A stretch of DNA of 62,271 nucleotides, the filler included. It is 6 parts of 6 records of this genome, joined end to end, with 100 filler letters (N's around TTAATTAATTAA, not from the genome) between each part and the next. Parts side by side here need not be neighbours in the genome. Positions count along the whole stretch, not along the records: positions 16,507 to 46,129 come from SRR33789315_13; positions 46,230 to 48,815 come from SRR33789315_27; 4 more parts are not named here. The stretch is one strand, 5' to 3'. This document shows, one piece after another, positions 37,052 through 46,729 of the stretch. Below the pieces are notes generated by a model. That model was not told where the DNA came from. It saw only the letters and a program-made list of their open reading frames with translations, and did no database searches. Position 1 is the stretch's first letter, and each line of letters opens with the position of its first letter. The position numbers and the translations under genes are program-made.

Positions 37052-38064
37052 AGAAAGCCTTTTAAAAAGCTTTTAACATTCGGACCAAGATCCTTCGTAT
37101 GATATCCGCCTTCTTGTAAAATAACAGTTGGAATATCTAAATCAAAGATTTGACGACCAAGTTTTTGGTAGTCATCAGTTTCAAGTTCAAACTTACCTAT
37201 AGGGTCTAGCTTGTAAGTATCAAATCCAGCCGAAACTATAAGATGTTCAGGCTCAAATGCTTTGATGGTTGGAAAGACATGTTTTTTCAATGCTTGTTCA
37301 TAAGCTTTCAGCTTTGTACCTGTTGGTAAAATAATATTGTGATTAAAACCAGCCCCAGCACCTGCTCCAACTTCGGTAGAAAATCCTATTAGGTATGGAA
37401 AATAGTCACGAGGATCTCCGTGGATACTTATAACTAAGACATCTGGGTCCTCGTAGAATATTTCTTGCGATCCATTGCCATGGTGAAAGTCGATATCAAG
37501 AATGACAACTCTACCTTTCTTTTTTAGCGCTCTCGCTGAAATGGCAGCGTTGTTAAAATAGCAATAACCACCGTAAGTATCAAAGGAAGCATGGTGTCCA
37601 GGTGGCCTTGAAAGAGCATAGGCATACTTAGATTTACCGCTTGCGACCATTTTTGTTGCTTCAAGAGCACACGCTGCAGACCAACCTGCGGCCGAAAGAG
37701 TCTTATTATTTAAAGGTGTGCCTGAATCAAAACAATAGTATCCAGCATGATTGAGATTGGCCGGATTTGGCTCTATGCCTGAGCGTTGTAAAAAAACACT
37801 TGGATAATATTCTTTGTCATCTGGTAGGTGAGTTGCGGCATTGTACAACGTCCAAAGTTGGAAGTTATGTACATCTCGAATGGCTGATAAAGGAATTTTT
37901 TTGGGTTCTATAATTTCAAAACTTTGATCTTTTGATAAAGATTTAAAAATTGACTCAGCTCTTTTGGTACTTTCTGGATGTTTGATCTTATTACCTAAAG
38001 CCCACTCGTACTTAGGAGCAAACTCAAGCTGTAGCTGATTAAAAAATACTGGCATCTTATCCAT
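37048..38064 (-). CDS. Histone deacetylase-family amidohydrolase (acetylpolyamine amidohydrolase-like)
   Basis: HPES, RPPGHHA, GGYCYFNN, LDIDFHHGNGSQ, SAGFDT, QEGGY. Confidence 0.9.
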   Translation of the reverse strand: MDKMPVFFNQLQLEFAPKYEWALGNKIKHPESTKRAESIFKSLSKDQSFEIIEPKKIPLSAIRDVHNFQLWTLYNAATHLPDDKEYYPSVFLQRSGIEPNPANLNHAGYYCFDSGTPLNNKTLSAAGWSAACALEATKMVASGKSKYAYALSRPPGHHASFDTYGGYCYFNNAAISARALKKKGRVVILDIDFHHGNGSQEIFYEDPDVLVISIHGDPRDYFPYLIGFSTEVGAGAGAGFNHNIILPTGTKLKAYEQALKKHVFPTIKAFEPEHLIVSAGFDTYKLDPIGKFELETDDYQKLGRQIFDLDIPTVILQEGGYHTKDLGPNVKSFLKGFL

Positions 38065-38072
38065 AACAATCC

Positions 38073-38804
38073 TTAAGAAATAACAGACTTTAAAAATTCT
38101 TGCGTACGTGGGTTCTTAGGGGAATCTAGAAGCTGAGATGGAGAACCCTCTTCAAGAATTTTTCCTTCATGTAAAAAACAAATTCGATCAGCAACTGCAC
38201 GAGCAAAACTAATTTCATGAGTTACAATTATCATCGTCATTCCATCATTCACAAGCTGCTTCATCACACTTAAAACACTTTCAACAGTTTCTGGATCTAG
38301 AGCTGAAGTGGGTTCATCAAAAAGCATAAGCTTTGGATCCATCGCGAGAGCTCTTGCGATAGCGACTCTTTGTTTTTGACCACCGGATAATCTTGCAGGG
38401 TATTCCCTCGCTTTATCACTTAACCCTACTTTTTCAAGTAAACGATTGGCGATATGGATTGCATCCGTTTTTTTTAATTTATGTACTCGTAGTGGTGCTT
38501 CTATGACATTTTCTAATACTGTCATATGAGGAAATAGATTAAAGTGTTGAAAAACCATTCCCATTGTTGATCGAACTTGATTCAAGTTTGTAAGCTTTGG
38601 ATCTATGCGAGTGCCCTGGTAATGAATTGACCCATCGGTTGGTATTTCTAAGTAATTTAAGCATCTAAGGAATGTACTTTTTCCGGAACCAGAAGCACCG
38701 ATTAGACAAATCACTTCGCCAGTTTGAACCTCTAAATTGATACCTTTAAGAACTTCTAGTGGTCCAAAATGTTTATGAATATTTTGAGCGCTAATTAATG
38801 CCAT
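38073..38804 (-). CDS. Polar amino acid ABC transporter ATPase
   Basis: GASGSGKS, GMVFQHFNLFPH, LSGGQKQRVAIARAL, FDEPTSALDPE. Confidence 0.95.
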   Translation of the reverse strand: MALISAQNIHKHFGPLEVLKGINLEVQTGEVICLIGASGSGKSTFLRCLNYLEIPTDGSIHYQGTRIDPKLTNLNQVRSTMGMVFQHFNLFPHMTVLENVIEAPLRVHKLKKTDAIHIANRLLEKVGLSDKAREYPARLSGGQKQRVAIARALAMDPKLMLFDEPTSALDPETVESVLSVMKQLVNDGMTMIIVTHEISFARAVADRICFLHEGKILEEGSPSQLLDSPKNPRTQEFLKSVIS

Positions 38805-39472
38805 TAGGTCGCTCCAGATTTTTTAAGTCGAGTTTCTATTTTTCCAACGAGAAAGCTTAAAATCATCACCATGACAAGATAGTAGAAAGCGACAATTATT
38901 AAATAAGTCATTTGATCAAAATTATTAGATCCTTGAGTTGTCGCTATATTAAAAAGTTCATCCATTGATATAAAAGCTGCAAGTGAAGAATCTTTAAGAG
39001 CAATGATAAACTGGTTACCTAGAGAAGGAATGGCACGAAGAAATGCCTGTGGCAGAATGATTCTTTTGTAGGTAAGAATACTATTCATTCCAAGACTTTT
39101 AGCAGCTTCATACTGGCCATGATCAATACTTTGAATAGCACCTCTGAAAATTTCTGAAATATAGGCACCATTGTGAAATGCAAGCGCTAACGTGGCTGCC
39201 ATGAAGCTCGACATCTTTATTAGGTCTGTTAAGCCAAAATAGAGAACAAATATCTGAACGATAAGAGGCGTTCCTCTTACAATCGTAATATATAAGGTTG
39301 AGATTGCATTTAATGACGTTGATTTTGATAATGATAAAAAAGCAAAAAATAATCCAATGACGAGGCCAATGAGAAGTGACGTCGCTGAAAGTTCAAGCGT
39401 AAGCAATGCACCTTTAAGAAATAGAGGTATTGATTTTATAAAGACATCAAGAAGATGTTGTAAGTTAGGCAA
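38804..39472 (-). CDS. Polar amino acid ABC transporter permease
   Basis: RGTPLIVQ, AYISEIFRG, GQYEAA.SLGM, LKDSSL. Confidence 0.95.
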   Translation of the reverse strand: MPNLQHLLDVFIKSIPLFLKGALLTLELSATSLLIGLVIGLFFAFLSLSKSTSLNAISTLYITIVRGTPLIVQIFVLYFGLTDLIKMSSFMAATLALAFHNGAYISEIFRGAIQSIDHGQYEAAKSLGMNSILTYKRIILPQAFLRAIPSLGNQFIIALKDSSLAAFISMDELFNIATTQGSNNFDQMTYLIIVAFYYLVMVMILSFLVGKIETRLKKSGAT

Positions 39473-39482
39473 TGCGTTTAGC

Positions 39483-40226
39483 TCACTTCGAAATAGAATT
39501 ACTAGGTCTTGAAATATCTTTGTTAAAGTATTTTATCCCTAAGTCTTTCAATGTTCCATCTTCAATCATCACTTTTAGGAATTTATTTATTCTTTGAAGT
39601 AGATCTTTATTTTCTAGAGAAACTGAAATCCCTTGACGACTCTCACCTAGAACTTGATGTCCATAGATTTTAAGCCCTCTTTTCATGGCCATCGCTCCGG
39701 TGATGGCGTCAGTAATGACATAATCATGTCGACCATTTTGAAGTGCTTCAAGTGCTGTTATATCTGAATCATAAATACTTAAGTCTTCAGTAAAGACGTT
39801 GGCATTTTGTATATAAGTTGAACCTTTAGAAACAGCAATATTCTTTTTTGTAAGGTCTCGTTCAATGTTAGGAGCTTTCTTTTCTCTTGAAAAAACTTGT
39901 GGTCCTGAATAGTAATAGGGAATAGTGAAAGCGACATGTTTTTTACGTTCTTCAGTAATTGTCTGACTAGCTACACCTGCATCAAATCTTCCTGTCTTTA
40001 CGCCTTCGACAATACCGGTAAATTTATACTTAACAGGCTTAGGGGCTTTATTCATTCTTTTGGCTAGCTCAATACCTACTTCGATATCGTAACCTTTGAG
40101 CTCGCCATTATCGTCGGTAAAGCTAAAAGGTCTAAATTCGCCTGAAGAGGCGAAAGAAAAAGTATTTTCGTCTTTGTTTTGGCACGAACTTAATAGAGAA
40201 AGACTGATGAATAGAATTTTTAACAT
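39483..40226 (-). CDS. Amino acid ABC transporter substrate-binding lipoprotein
   Basis: Lipobox LSSC; SGEFRPFSF, GYDIEVG, TITEERKK, PYYYSG. Confidence 0.9.
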   Translation of the reverse strand: MLKILFISLSLLSSCQNKDENTFSFASSGEFRPFSFTDDNGELKGYDIEVGIELAKRMNKAPKPVKYKFTGIVEGVKTGRFDAGVASQTITEERKKHVAFTIPYYYSGPQVFSREKKAPNIERDLTKKNIAVSKGSTYIQNANVFTEDLSIYDSDITALEALQNGRHDYVITDAITGAMAMKRGLKIYGHQVLGESRQGISVSLENKDLLQRINKFLKVMIEDGTLKDLGIKYFNKDISRPSNSISK

Positions 40227-40289
40227 TGTAGCTCCTAAGAGCTAAATCCTAGCACTTCAAGCTAGTTGAATAAACCTCAAGGCATCATA

Positions 40290-40304
40290 TTCGGAAAATA
40301 CGAA
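40290..40304. promoter_or_regulatory. Candidate LysR box between the ABC operon and the LysR gene
   Basis: TTCG-GAAAATA-CGAA palindrome containing T-N11-A, in the divergent intergenic region. Confidence 0.45.
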
Positions 40305-40401
40305 TTATTATCGCTCTTACTTACTGAAATTACGTCTGGTTTTGCATCATTTGCAAATATTTGCTACAACACAAATTCGGTTAATGAATATGAGGAGTTA
40401 A

Positions 40402-41364
40402 ATGATGAAAAGACTTAAAGATATTAATTGGAATCATCTTTATTGTTTTTACGAAGTCGCGAAAGCACAATCATTAAAGAGTGCTGCCGTTGTTATTGGC
40501 GTAGCATCCTCAACAATCTCAGAACAATTAAAAAAACTTGAGCAGAGTCTTGGATTAAAACTCTTTATTAGAAGTTCGAAAGGTTTATTCTTAACGAAAG
40601 ATGGCGAGCGGCTTTATGAACATGCTAGAGAAATGTTTGAAGCCGGAAGTAAACTTTTAGACAATGTATCTCAAAGTGATGTTGGAGGTTATCCAGTTAC
40701 TGTTGGAATTGAAGAAACGATATCCTTTGATGTTGCCACTGAGTTTGTATCTCAATACTGGGATGTCTTTACTCCGTTTGGAACTGTTAACACCTCAAGA
40801 CAAATGGAACATGATTCACTCGTTGAAAATTTATTAAGCGGCCAACTTGATTGGGGTATTTCTTTAAAAAACTCTGCAAGAAAAAATATTGAATCCGAAA
40901 AAATTGGCTCCTTTCAGTTAACTTTTTTATGTGCCAGTGAGCTGTATTCAAAGTTCATTGAACCAAAAGATATTATTCGTAATATTCCTTTGGCCCAAAG
41001 CTCTTGGGATGTAGGTCTTAATAAAGCCATTGAAAATTATCTTAAAAAACAAGATGTTTATCCGAAAGAGACTATTGCCAGTGACCACTTCTCTTATGTG
41101 AAGAAACTCTGTGCTAGAGGTCGTTGTATTATTTATGTCGCAGAAAACCCGCTCGATGACTATGAAGGCCTTAGGAAGTTCCAAGTCGCTGAACCGCTAC
41201 AAATAGAATTGTTCGCATTGTGGAAGAAGACTAACGAGAATATGCTTAGTATTAAAAAACTTAGAGAGCTCATAAAGTCTAAGCTTTCACATGTACCAAA
41301 TCGATATACAGACCTAGATCTTCAAATTGAAGTTTCAGAAGTATCGGATGAATTACTTCGCTGA
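40402..41364 (+). CDS. LysR-family regulator (NhaR-like)
   Basis: NWNHLYCFYEVAK, STISEQLKKLEQSLG..LF.R, LTKDG. Confidence 0.85.
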   Translation: MMKRLKDINWNHLYCFYEVAKAQSLKSAAVVIGVASSTISEQLKKLEQSLGLKLFIRSSKGLFLTKDGERLYEHAREMFEAGSKLLDNVSQSDVGGYPVTVGIEETISFDVATEFVSQYWDVFTPFGTVNTSRQMEHDSLVENLLSGQLDWGISLKNSARKNIESEKIGSFQLTFLCASELYSKFIEPKDIIRNIPLAQSSWDVGLNKAIENYLKKQDVYPKETIASDHFSYVKKLCARGRCIIYVAENPLDDYEGLRKFQVAEPLQIELFALWKKTNENMLSIKKLRELIKSKLSHVPNRYTDLDLQIEVSEVSDELLR

Positions 41365-41633
41365 TCGATCCAGGTAACTAAATTTGCAGACTCAAGCTTC
41401 TTAATGGCAGAGATTAAAACTTGTTTAATTTCACTTTTTGAAGCTTGTGCATCTTTAGTGAGATGATTCGTAATAACATCTAAACTCATTTCACCATCCA
41501 ACAAAAACCAAATCTTTGAAAGGTCGCTATTAATCGCAAAAGCTTTATCTTCTTTGTTAATTAGAACAAGATTACCTTTTTCATCTTTGGCCATTTTTCC
41601 TTGGCGTTGTGGAATGTTTGTTTGGTTACTCAT
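41322..41633 (-). CDS. Stand-alone PqqD/RRE-like protein
   Basis: LVLIN..FAIN..SKIWFLLDGEMSL..I and IKKLESANLV resemble the 35803 ORF; AAGGAGG RBS; 3' end overlaps the LysR gene. Confidence 0.65.
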   Translation of the reverse strand: MSNQTNIPQRQGKMAKDEKGNLVLINKEDKAFAINSDLSKIWFLLDGEMSLDVITNHLTKDAQASKSEIKQVLISAIKKLESANLVTWIDQRSNSSDTSETSI

Positions 41634-41714
41634 AAACCCTCCTTAGAATCATTATGCTTAATGAAAAGGGTAGTATCCAGAGCAAAGGGCAGGGATTAGG
41701 TTCTTACGAATCTA

Positions 41715-42989
41715 CTATGGGGAAGTAAGTGATTTTTCTAAGAATTCGACTAAATCGTCTTTCTCGCTGGACGTTAAACGTAAGCCATTTCGTAGAAAAG
41801 GTTGAATGATATTATCTTCAATATCTTCAAGGATTTGAGGATCTTTCTCGATTTCAAGCTCGACAGAATAAGCACTTAGGCGTTCGGGATCAATTGTAAA
41901 GTTTCTTAAATGTGGAATGACTTGATCATAGTGATCAACGACTTCACGAATTGTTGAGTAGACACCGTTGTGCATATAAGGAGCACTCTTTGCAATATTT
42001 CTAAGCCCAGGTGTTTTAAAGGCATATCGATTTCTATAGCCACGATCAATACCGCTACCTTTAACCTGTAGTGGAGGAACTCCAACATTCATAAGCATAT
42101 TATTGGTAAGAAGTGGTCCGTGGTGGCAAACAGCACAGCGACCTTTATTCATAAAAATGTTTAAACCATTTTTTTCCTTAAGACTTAGGGCTTGATTATC
42201 CCCAGCGAGATATCGATCTAGCGGAGTATCATTAACTTGAAATCTCCAAGCGATAAAACTTTCCATCGCCTTTGCTGCATGGCCAATATTGTGCTTTTCA
42301 TTAGGGAAAACTGTATTAAACATCTCAGTATACATTTTTCCATTGGGAGCTTTTGAAATTTTCAATTTTTCAATAATAGCGTCCCAAACTTCAATAGATC
42401 CATTTAGGTTTGCCAATGGATTTGAACCCGGCTTTCCTAGCATTTCTTCATGAGAAAGAAGTGGAAAGATAACTTGTGCAGCTAAAGCTGATGTCAAATT
42501 CTTCGTTATTTCTGGATGATTATCAAGCTTTGGCTCAGGAGTAATAAGCTTGTTTGTTGCCCTATCGATACGAACTCTGGCATCCCAAAACATTTCTTTT
42601 TGATCAATATGACCTAAGTTCCAAAGAGGTGGTGAATGCCGCTTAACAACCTCACCACTTGCTTGAGTTCTAGAACCTTGTCTCGAAAGGCCACCTTCAC
42701 CGATAGCAAGAGAGAGATTATCGCCAGTTCCAATCATTGGGTGATGGCAATCATGACATGAAATATTGTTATTACCGGAAAGTTGCTTATCTCTGAAAAG
42801 TTCGTGACCAAGAACTAAAAGCTCTTGATTTGGACGTTCAATTTTAGTTGGTGTTGTGATGAGAAAATGATTGAGCTGAGATCTAAGATAGACGTCCAAG
42901 TCTTGAGCCTGAAGTGAAGTCGAAAGCAGTAATAGACTTAGGTAGAATTTCATGGAACTGAGTTTCGGTAAAAGTGTTTTATACGTCAA
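41715..42989 (-). CDS. Di-heme cytochrome c peroxidase (CCP/MauG family)
   Basis: ISCHDCH and RCAVCH heme motifs, MFWDAR, FKTPGLRNIAKSAPYMHNG. Confidence 0.92.
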   Translation of the reverse strand: MTYKTLLPKLSSMKFYLSLLLLSTSLQAQDLDVYLRSQLNHFLITTPTKIERPNQELLVLGHELFRDKQLSGNNNISCHDCHHPMIGTGDNLSLAIGEGGLSRQGSRTQASGEVVKRHSPPLWNLGHIDQKEMFWDARVRIDRATNKLITPEPKLDNHPEITKNLTSALAAQVIFPLLSHEEMLGKPGSNPLANLNGSIEVWDAIIEKLKISKAPNGKMYTEMFNTVFPNEKHNIGHAAKAMESFIAWRFQVNDTPLDRYLAGDNQALSLKEKNGLNIFMNKGRCAVCHHGPLLTNNMLMNVGVPPLQVKGSGIDRGYRNRYAFKTPGLRNIAKSAPYMHNGVYSTIREVVDHYDQVIPHLRNFTIDPERLSAYSVELEIEKDPQILEDIEDNIIQPFLRNGLRLTSSEKDDLVEFLEKSLTSP

Positions 42990-42995
42990 ACTTTT

Positions 42996-43952
42996 TTAAC
43001 CATCAATATCAATCACTCGTAATTTCTTAGACTTAAGGCTCAGAATTTCATTTGGCATTGACGATATGATTTCATTTTGCATTGCTTCAATAATGTTCTC
43101 TTTAAGAAAACTTCTTGAATGAACAAGGCTAACTTCTCTACTAGGTGCAGGTGATTGAAAAGGCCTGAGCATATTTTTCTTTTCACTCGATGATAACGCA
43201 AGGGTCGCCAAGTGAGGCAAGAACGTTGAGCCGCCTTGAGTTCTAACCATATTCTTTAACGTTTCCAGGTTACCACTTTGAAAACGAACATTTTTAATCA
43301 CGTTTGGAGCTTTACCAGATAAAGAACAAAACTTGATAACTTGATTTCGAAAGCAATGACCTTCATCTAAAAGCCAAACATCATTTTCACTTAAGTCTGA
43401 TTCCTTCACAACTTTTCGTTTGGTGATGGGTGAGTTAGCGTTGGCATAAAGATAGAATGGTTCATAAAAAAGTACTCGCTCAATAATATTATTATTTTTA
43501 AGTGGAGTAACCAAAAGACCAGCATCAATCTTATCTCTAGCAAGTAACTCTATAATTTCATCTGTCTGATGCTCTTCAATTGTTAATTGAATCTCAGGAT
43601 ATTTCTTGGCAAACTGGTGAAGAAATAGTGGGATTACGTATGGAGATAAAGTCGGAATAACGGCTAATTTAAATTCCCCGCGCAGACCAGCGTCCTTATT
43701 AAGAGCAATCAAAGCTAACTTTTTATATTCGTTGATGACAACTTTAGCTTGTTCAATAATGAGCTTACCTTGCTCTGTCGCCATTATCGGTTTTTTAGAA
43801 CGATCAAAAATTATAATACCTAGCTCTTCTTCAAGCTTTTGCAGTTGCATTGATAAGGATGGTTGTGTGACATTACACTCACTCGCAGCCTTGCCAAAAT
43901 GACGATGACGATCGACAGCTAGCATATATTCTAATTGTGTAATGGATGACAT
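42996..43952 (-). CDS. oxyR: H2O2-sensing LysR regulator OxyR
   Basis: HRHFGKAASECNVTQPSLSMQ; LDEGHCFRNQVIKFC has the two redox cysteines; SGNLETL. Confidence 0.9.
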   Translation of the reverse strand: MSSITQLEYMLAVDRHRHFGKAASECNVTQPSLSMQLQKLEEELGIIIFDRSKKPIMATEQGKLIIEQAKVVINEYKKLALIALNKDAGLRGEFKLAVIPTLSPYVIPLFLHQFAKKYPEIQLTIEEHQTDEIIELLARDKIDAGLLVTPLKNNNIIERVLFYEPFYLYANANSPITKRKVVKESDLSENDVWLLDEGHCFRNQVIKFCSLSGKAPNVIKNVRFQSGNLETLKNMVRTQGGSTFLPHLATLALSSSEKKNMLRPFQSPAPSREVSLVHSRSFLKENIIEAMQNEIISSMPNEILSLKSKKLRVIDIDG

Positions 43953-44006
43953 CTAAACCTCGATAGTATTATCTTATGGTTTTTTAATTATGGTTGTTTG
44001 GATTTA

Positions 44007-45161
44007 TTATGTCAAAAGCTTCGAAAAACTCTCTTCGTAGATGGGCCTAGTTCCGTGTCCTTCAAACAAAATAAAACGGTCTATTTGGCTTTTTAGGTTA
44101 AAAGATTGATCAAACCAAGTATTAATCTCTCCATCGGTTGGAATATTGCCGCGAGTTCTAGCGATAGTCCAATGAGGTGTATAGGCTTTAAAGTCGAGGG
44201 GAATTCCTAGGTTTTTTAGTGTCTGTCTGATTCTTCGGGCTAGTTCTAAAAGCTCAGGGGATGGCTCAGGTTTAATCCATAAAACAGAAGGATTCTCTTT
44301 GCTGTCAAAGGCATCAATTGAAGTGAAAGTAAGATCAAATTTTGTGTATTCCAGCTCATTTAATGCTTCAACTAATTTTTCTTTTTGAGATCTTCTAAGT
44401 CTGCCAATAAAGCATAATGTTAGATGGTAGTTCGCATCGATCACCCAGTCGTATTCAGGTCTTTCTTTTTGAAACTCTTTAATGAAATCAGGATTCAAGC
44501 CTAGTCTAATCCCTACAAAGAGTCTTGGTGTTAATGGATCCGGATTGCCGTTGTCGTATTTGTCTACACCTCTGGCCATTGCGTGGGCATGATCCATGGC
44601 CGCTAGACTGACCATTAAGTCCTTTTCAACCTGCTCGCCTTCAAGATCACCGAGTGCTCTGGCTATAGCCTCAAACGTGCATAGTCGGCCTTCAGCGACT
44701 TGGCGTCTAAGGCGATAAAGAGAAGGGGATGCTGCTGCTAGCTTAACAGCTTGAACATTTTGAAGGGCAGGCTCTCTTTTTGCCACCCGCTTTGCTTGTC
44801 CCCACGAACCATCTGGTACGATTAAATGAGCCGGTCTTCCTGCTAAATACTCATTAAGCTCATTCGAACCAATTGCTAAGGCATCATCAGATGGAAATAA
44901 TACGAGCGGAACACTCTGCTCATCTAGTGTGAGTTCATCTGAGGCTGATTGATCCTTCATTCCTCGTAAAATTATTTTGCAATTTTTTAAAACTCGATTA
45001 GCAACTACCGCAGTGTTGCTAGTTAAAAAACGCTCGCGACGATGCATGATAATGCTGACTTTTGTTTTATTGTCGACATGAATGAGTCGCCCGCAGTAAC
45101 AAAGTTCTTTTGGAACTTGGCATTGATCACAGCGATTAAGTCCTCTTCCTATTTTAACCAT
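44007..45161 (-). CDS. DTW-domain tRNA aminocarboxypropyltransferase (TapT-like) fused to 2H phosphoesterase (ThpR/LigT-like)
   Basis: RCDQC..LCYC, TSNT, PDGSWGQAK, LCTFEAIA; then RLFVGI, YHLTLCFIG and PHWTIAR (two HxT motifs). Confidence 0.85.
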   Translation of the reverse strand: MVKIGRGLNRCDQCQVPKELCYCGRLIHVDNKTKVSIIMHRRERFLTSNTAVVANRVLKNCKIILRGMKDQSASDELTLDEQSVPLVLFPSDDALAIGSNELNEYLAGRPAHLIVPDGSWGQAKRVAKREPALQNVQAVKLAAASPSLYRLRRQVAEGRLCTFEAIARALGDLEGEQVEKDLMVSLAAMDHAHAMARGVDKYDNGNPDPLTPRLFVGIRLGLNPDFIKEFQKERPEYDWVIDANYHLTLCFIGRLRRSQKEKLVEALNELEYTKFDLTFTSIDAFDSKENPSVLWIKPEPSPELLELARRIRQTLKNLGIPLDFKAYTPHWTIARTRGNIPTDGEINTWFDQSFNLKSQIDRFILFEGHGTRPIYEESFSKLLT

Positions 45162-45163
45162 GA

Positions 45164-45958
45164 TTAACTCGAAGCCGATTCATATCGAATACGGGCTTTC
45201 TCCCAACTAAAATGAAGTAAAAAGGCAAACAGTAAGACAGCTAAAATCAGTCCAAGAATGTAGTGCCATTTAGTGTGATCAAAAAGAAAATGCATCGGCG
45301 CACTTCCAACCAGTAAAACAGGAAGGAGAGTCATTAAAACCTTCTTCGCGATACCTCTATAAATAAGATCAGGCCATCTAGATAATGACTGAAGCTGTAG
45401 TCGTATAAAGTTAATACCAACACCTTCAGTTGTCCAAAACATCAATAGGGCGATCGACATTTCTAAAATAAAGCGAAGTGAGATGGATAGAAACAGAAGA
45501 AAGGGCAAGGCTATGTAGTCAATAAATGTAAAATCTAGTTTATCTGCAAAATAAAACAAAAGAACGATATCAATAATTAATGAAATAATACTTGATGGTC
45601 TTAAATATCTAAAAAACATTGGCAGGAAAGAGTGAACTGGTTTTAGAAAAGTAAAATCTAAGTTACCCGCCTTAAGATCAGTTGAAAGCATCCAGAAGTT
45701 TGAGGACAGGACCAATCCCTGGAAATCGTCGATAATAAGCATAAAAACGAGAAAGAACTGCAATTGATCTCTGTTCCAGTTTCCAAGCGCAGGTATATGA
45801 TCAAAGAGGATATAAGTCGTTCCAAGAGCACTTAGAGTAAATATTGCATCGACAACTAAAAGCAAAAAGAAATTAAGTCTAAACGATAGCTCTTCAGTTA
45901 GCGAACAGCTGACAAAATTGCGATAAATATTGAAGTAGTTTAGTACTGTCTTCATCAC
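45164..45958 (-). CDS. ABC-2-type (DUF990-like) transporter permease
   Basis: Hydrophobic; FRLNF, GNLDFTFLKPV, RWP..IY, C-terminal RYESASS. Confidence 0.85.
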   Translation of the reverse strand: MMKTVLNYFNIYRNFVSCSLTEELSFRLNFFLLLVVDAIFTLSALGTTYILFDHIPALGNWNRDQLQFFLVFMLIIDDFQGLVLSSNFWMLSTDLKAGNLDFTFLKPVHSFLPMFFRYLRPSSIISLIIDIVLLFYFADKLDFTFIDYIALPFLLFLSISLRFILEMSIALLMFWTTEGVGINFIRLQLQSLSRWPDLIYRGIAKKVLMTLLPVLLVGSAPMHFLFDHTKWHYILGLILAVLLFAFLLHFSWEKARIRYESASS

Positions 45959-46129
45959 ATTCCTGCTGCGGTAAAGAGCCTAAGACCTCTACGCCAGATA
46001 TAGGTATTAATGAAAAACATAGCAAGTATCGAGATCGTGATGGTGATCAACCCTTGTTGTAATCCCTGCATATTTCCCATAAATAAATTGATTGGTGTGT
46101 ATGTTAAAGATGGAAAGGGAGTGTACTGT
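45955..46129 (-). CDS. 3' end of a partner ABC-2-type permease (5' truncated)
   Basis: Minus strand reads ..YTPFPSLTYTPINLFMG..WRRGLRLFTAAGM*, with the stop overlapping the next start. Confidence 0.75.
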
Positions 46130-46229
46130 NNNNNNNNNNNNNNNNNNNNNNNNNNNNNNNNNNNNNNNNNNNNTTAATTAATTAANNNNNNNNNNNNNNN
46201 NNNNNNNNNNNNNNNNNNNNNNNNNNNNN
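46130..46229. other. Artificial contig linker
   Basis: N44-TTAATTAATTAA-N44. Confidence 0.98.
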
Positions 46230-46613
46230 AGCCAATTCCAACATGCGTTTTTCAATTTTGATTAAATCAGCTTCATTTAACGGCGTGTCCAAATCAACGT
46301 CGTAATAAAAACCATTGTCAATAACCGGTCCAATCGCCATTTTGACATTAGGGTAAAGCTGCTTAATTGCATGTCCAATTAGGTGCGCACAAGAATGTCG
46401 AATAATTTCAATCCCTTCTTGGTCTTTTGCGGTAATAATCTGCAAGGTGGCATCTTGTTCAATCAAATCACAGGCATCAACTAAGACACCATTAACTTTA
46501 CCAGCAATGGTCGCTTTAGCTAGACCGGGGCCTATATCGAGCGCCACATCTAAGGTTGAAACAGAATTATCGAATTGACGTTGACTACCGTCGGGAAGTG
46601 TAATTATGGGCAT
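46230..46613 (-). CDS. thrS: Threonyl-tRNA synthetase, N-terminal part (truncated)
   Basis: [42 protein letters not shown]. Confidence 0.97.
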
Positions 46614-46632
46614 ATTAGTTCCTTACGCAGTG

Positions 46633-46653
46633 GTGACACCTACCAAGCGCCAC
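46633..46653 (-). promoter_or_regulatory. thrS translational operator (tRNA-Thr anticodon-arm mimic)
   Basis: Minus strand GTGGCGC-TTGGTAG-GTGTCAC hairpin presents the Thr anticodon GGU, followed by CACTGC..TAAGGA RBS, as in the gammaproteobacterial thrS leader. Confidence 0.75.
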
Positions 46654-46729
46654 TTGCAAGTTAAAATGCATAGAGCCAAGCTCAAATTGCAATTCATAAA
46701 AAAACACCCATAACGGGTGTTAAGATAGC

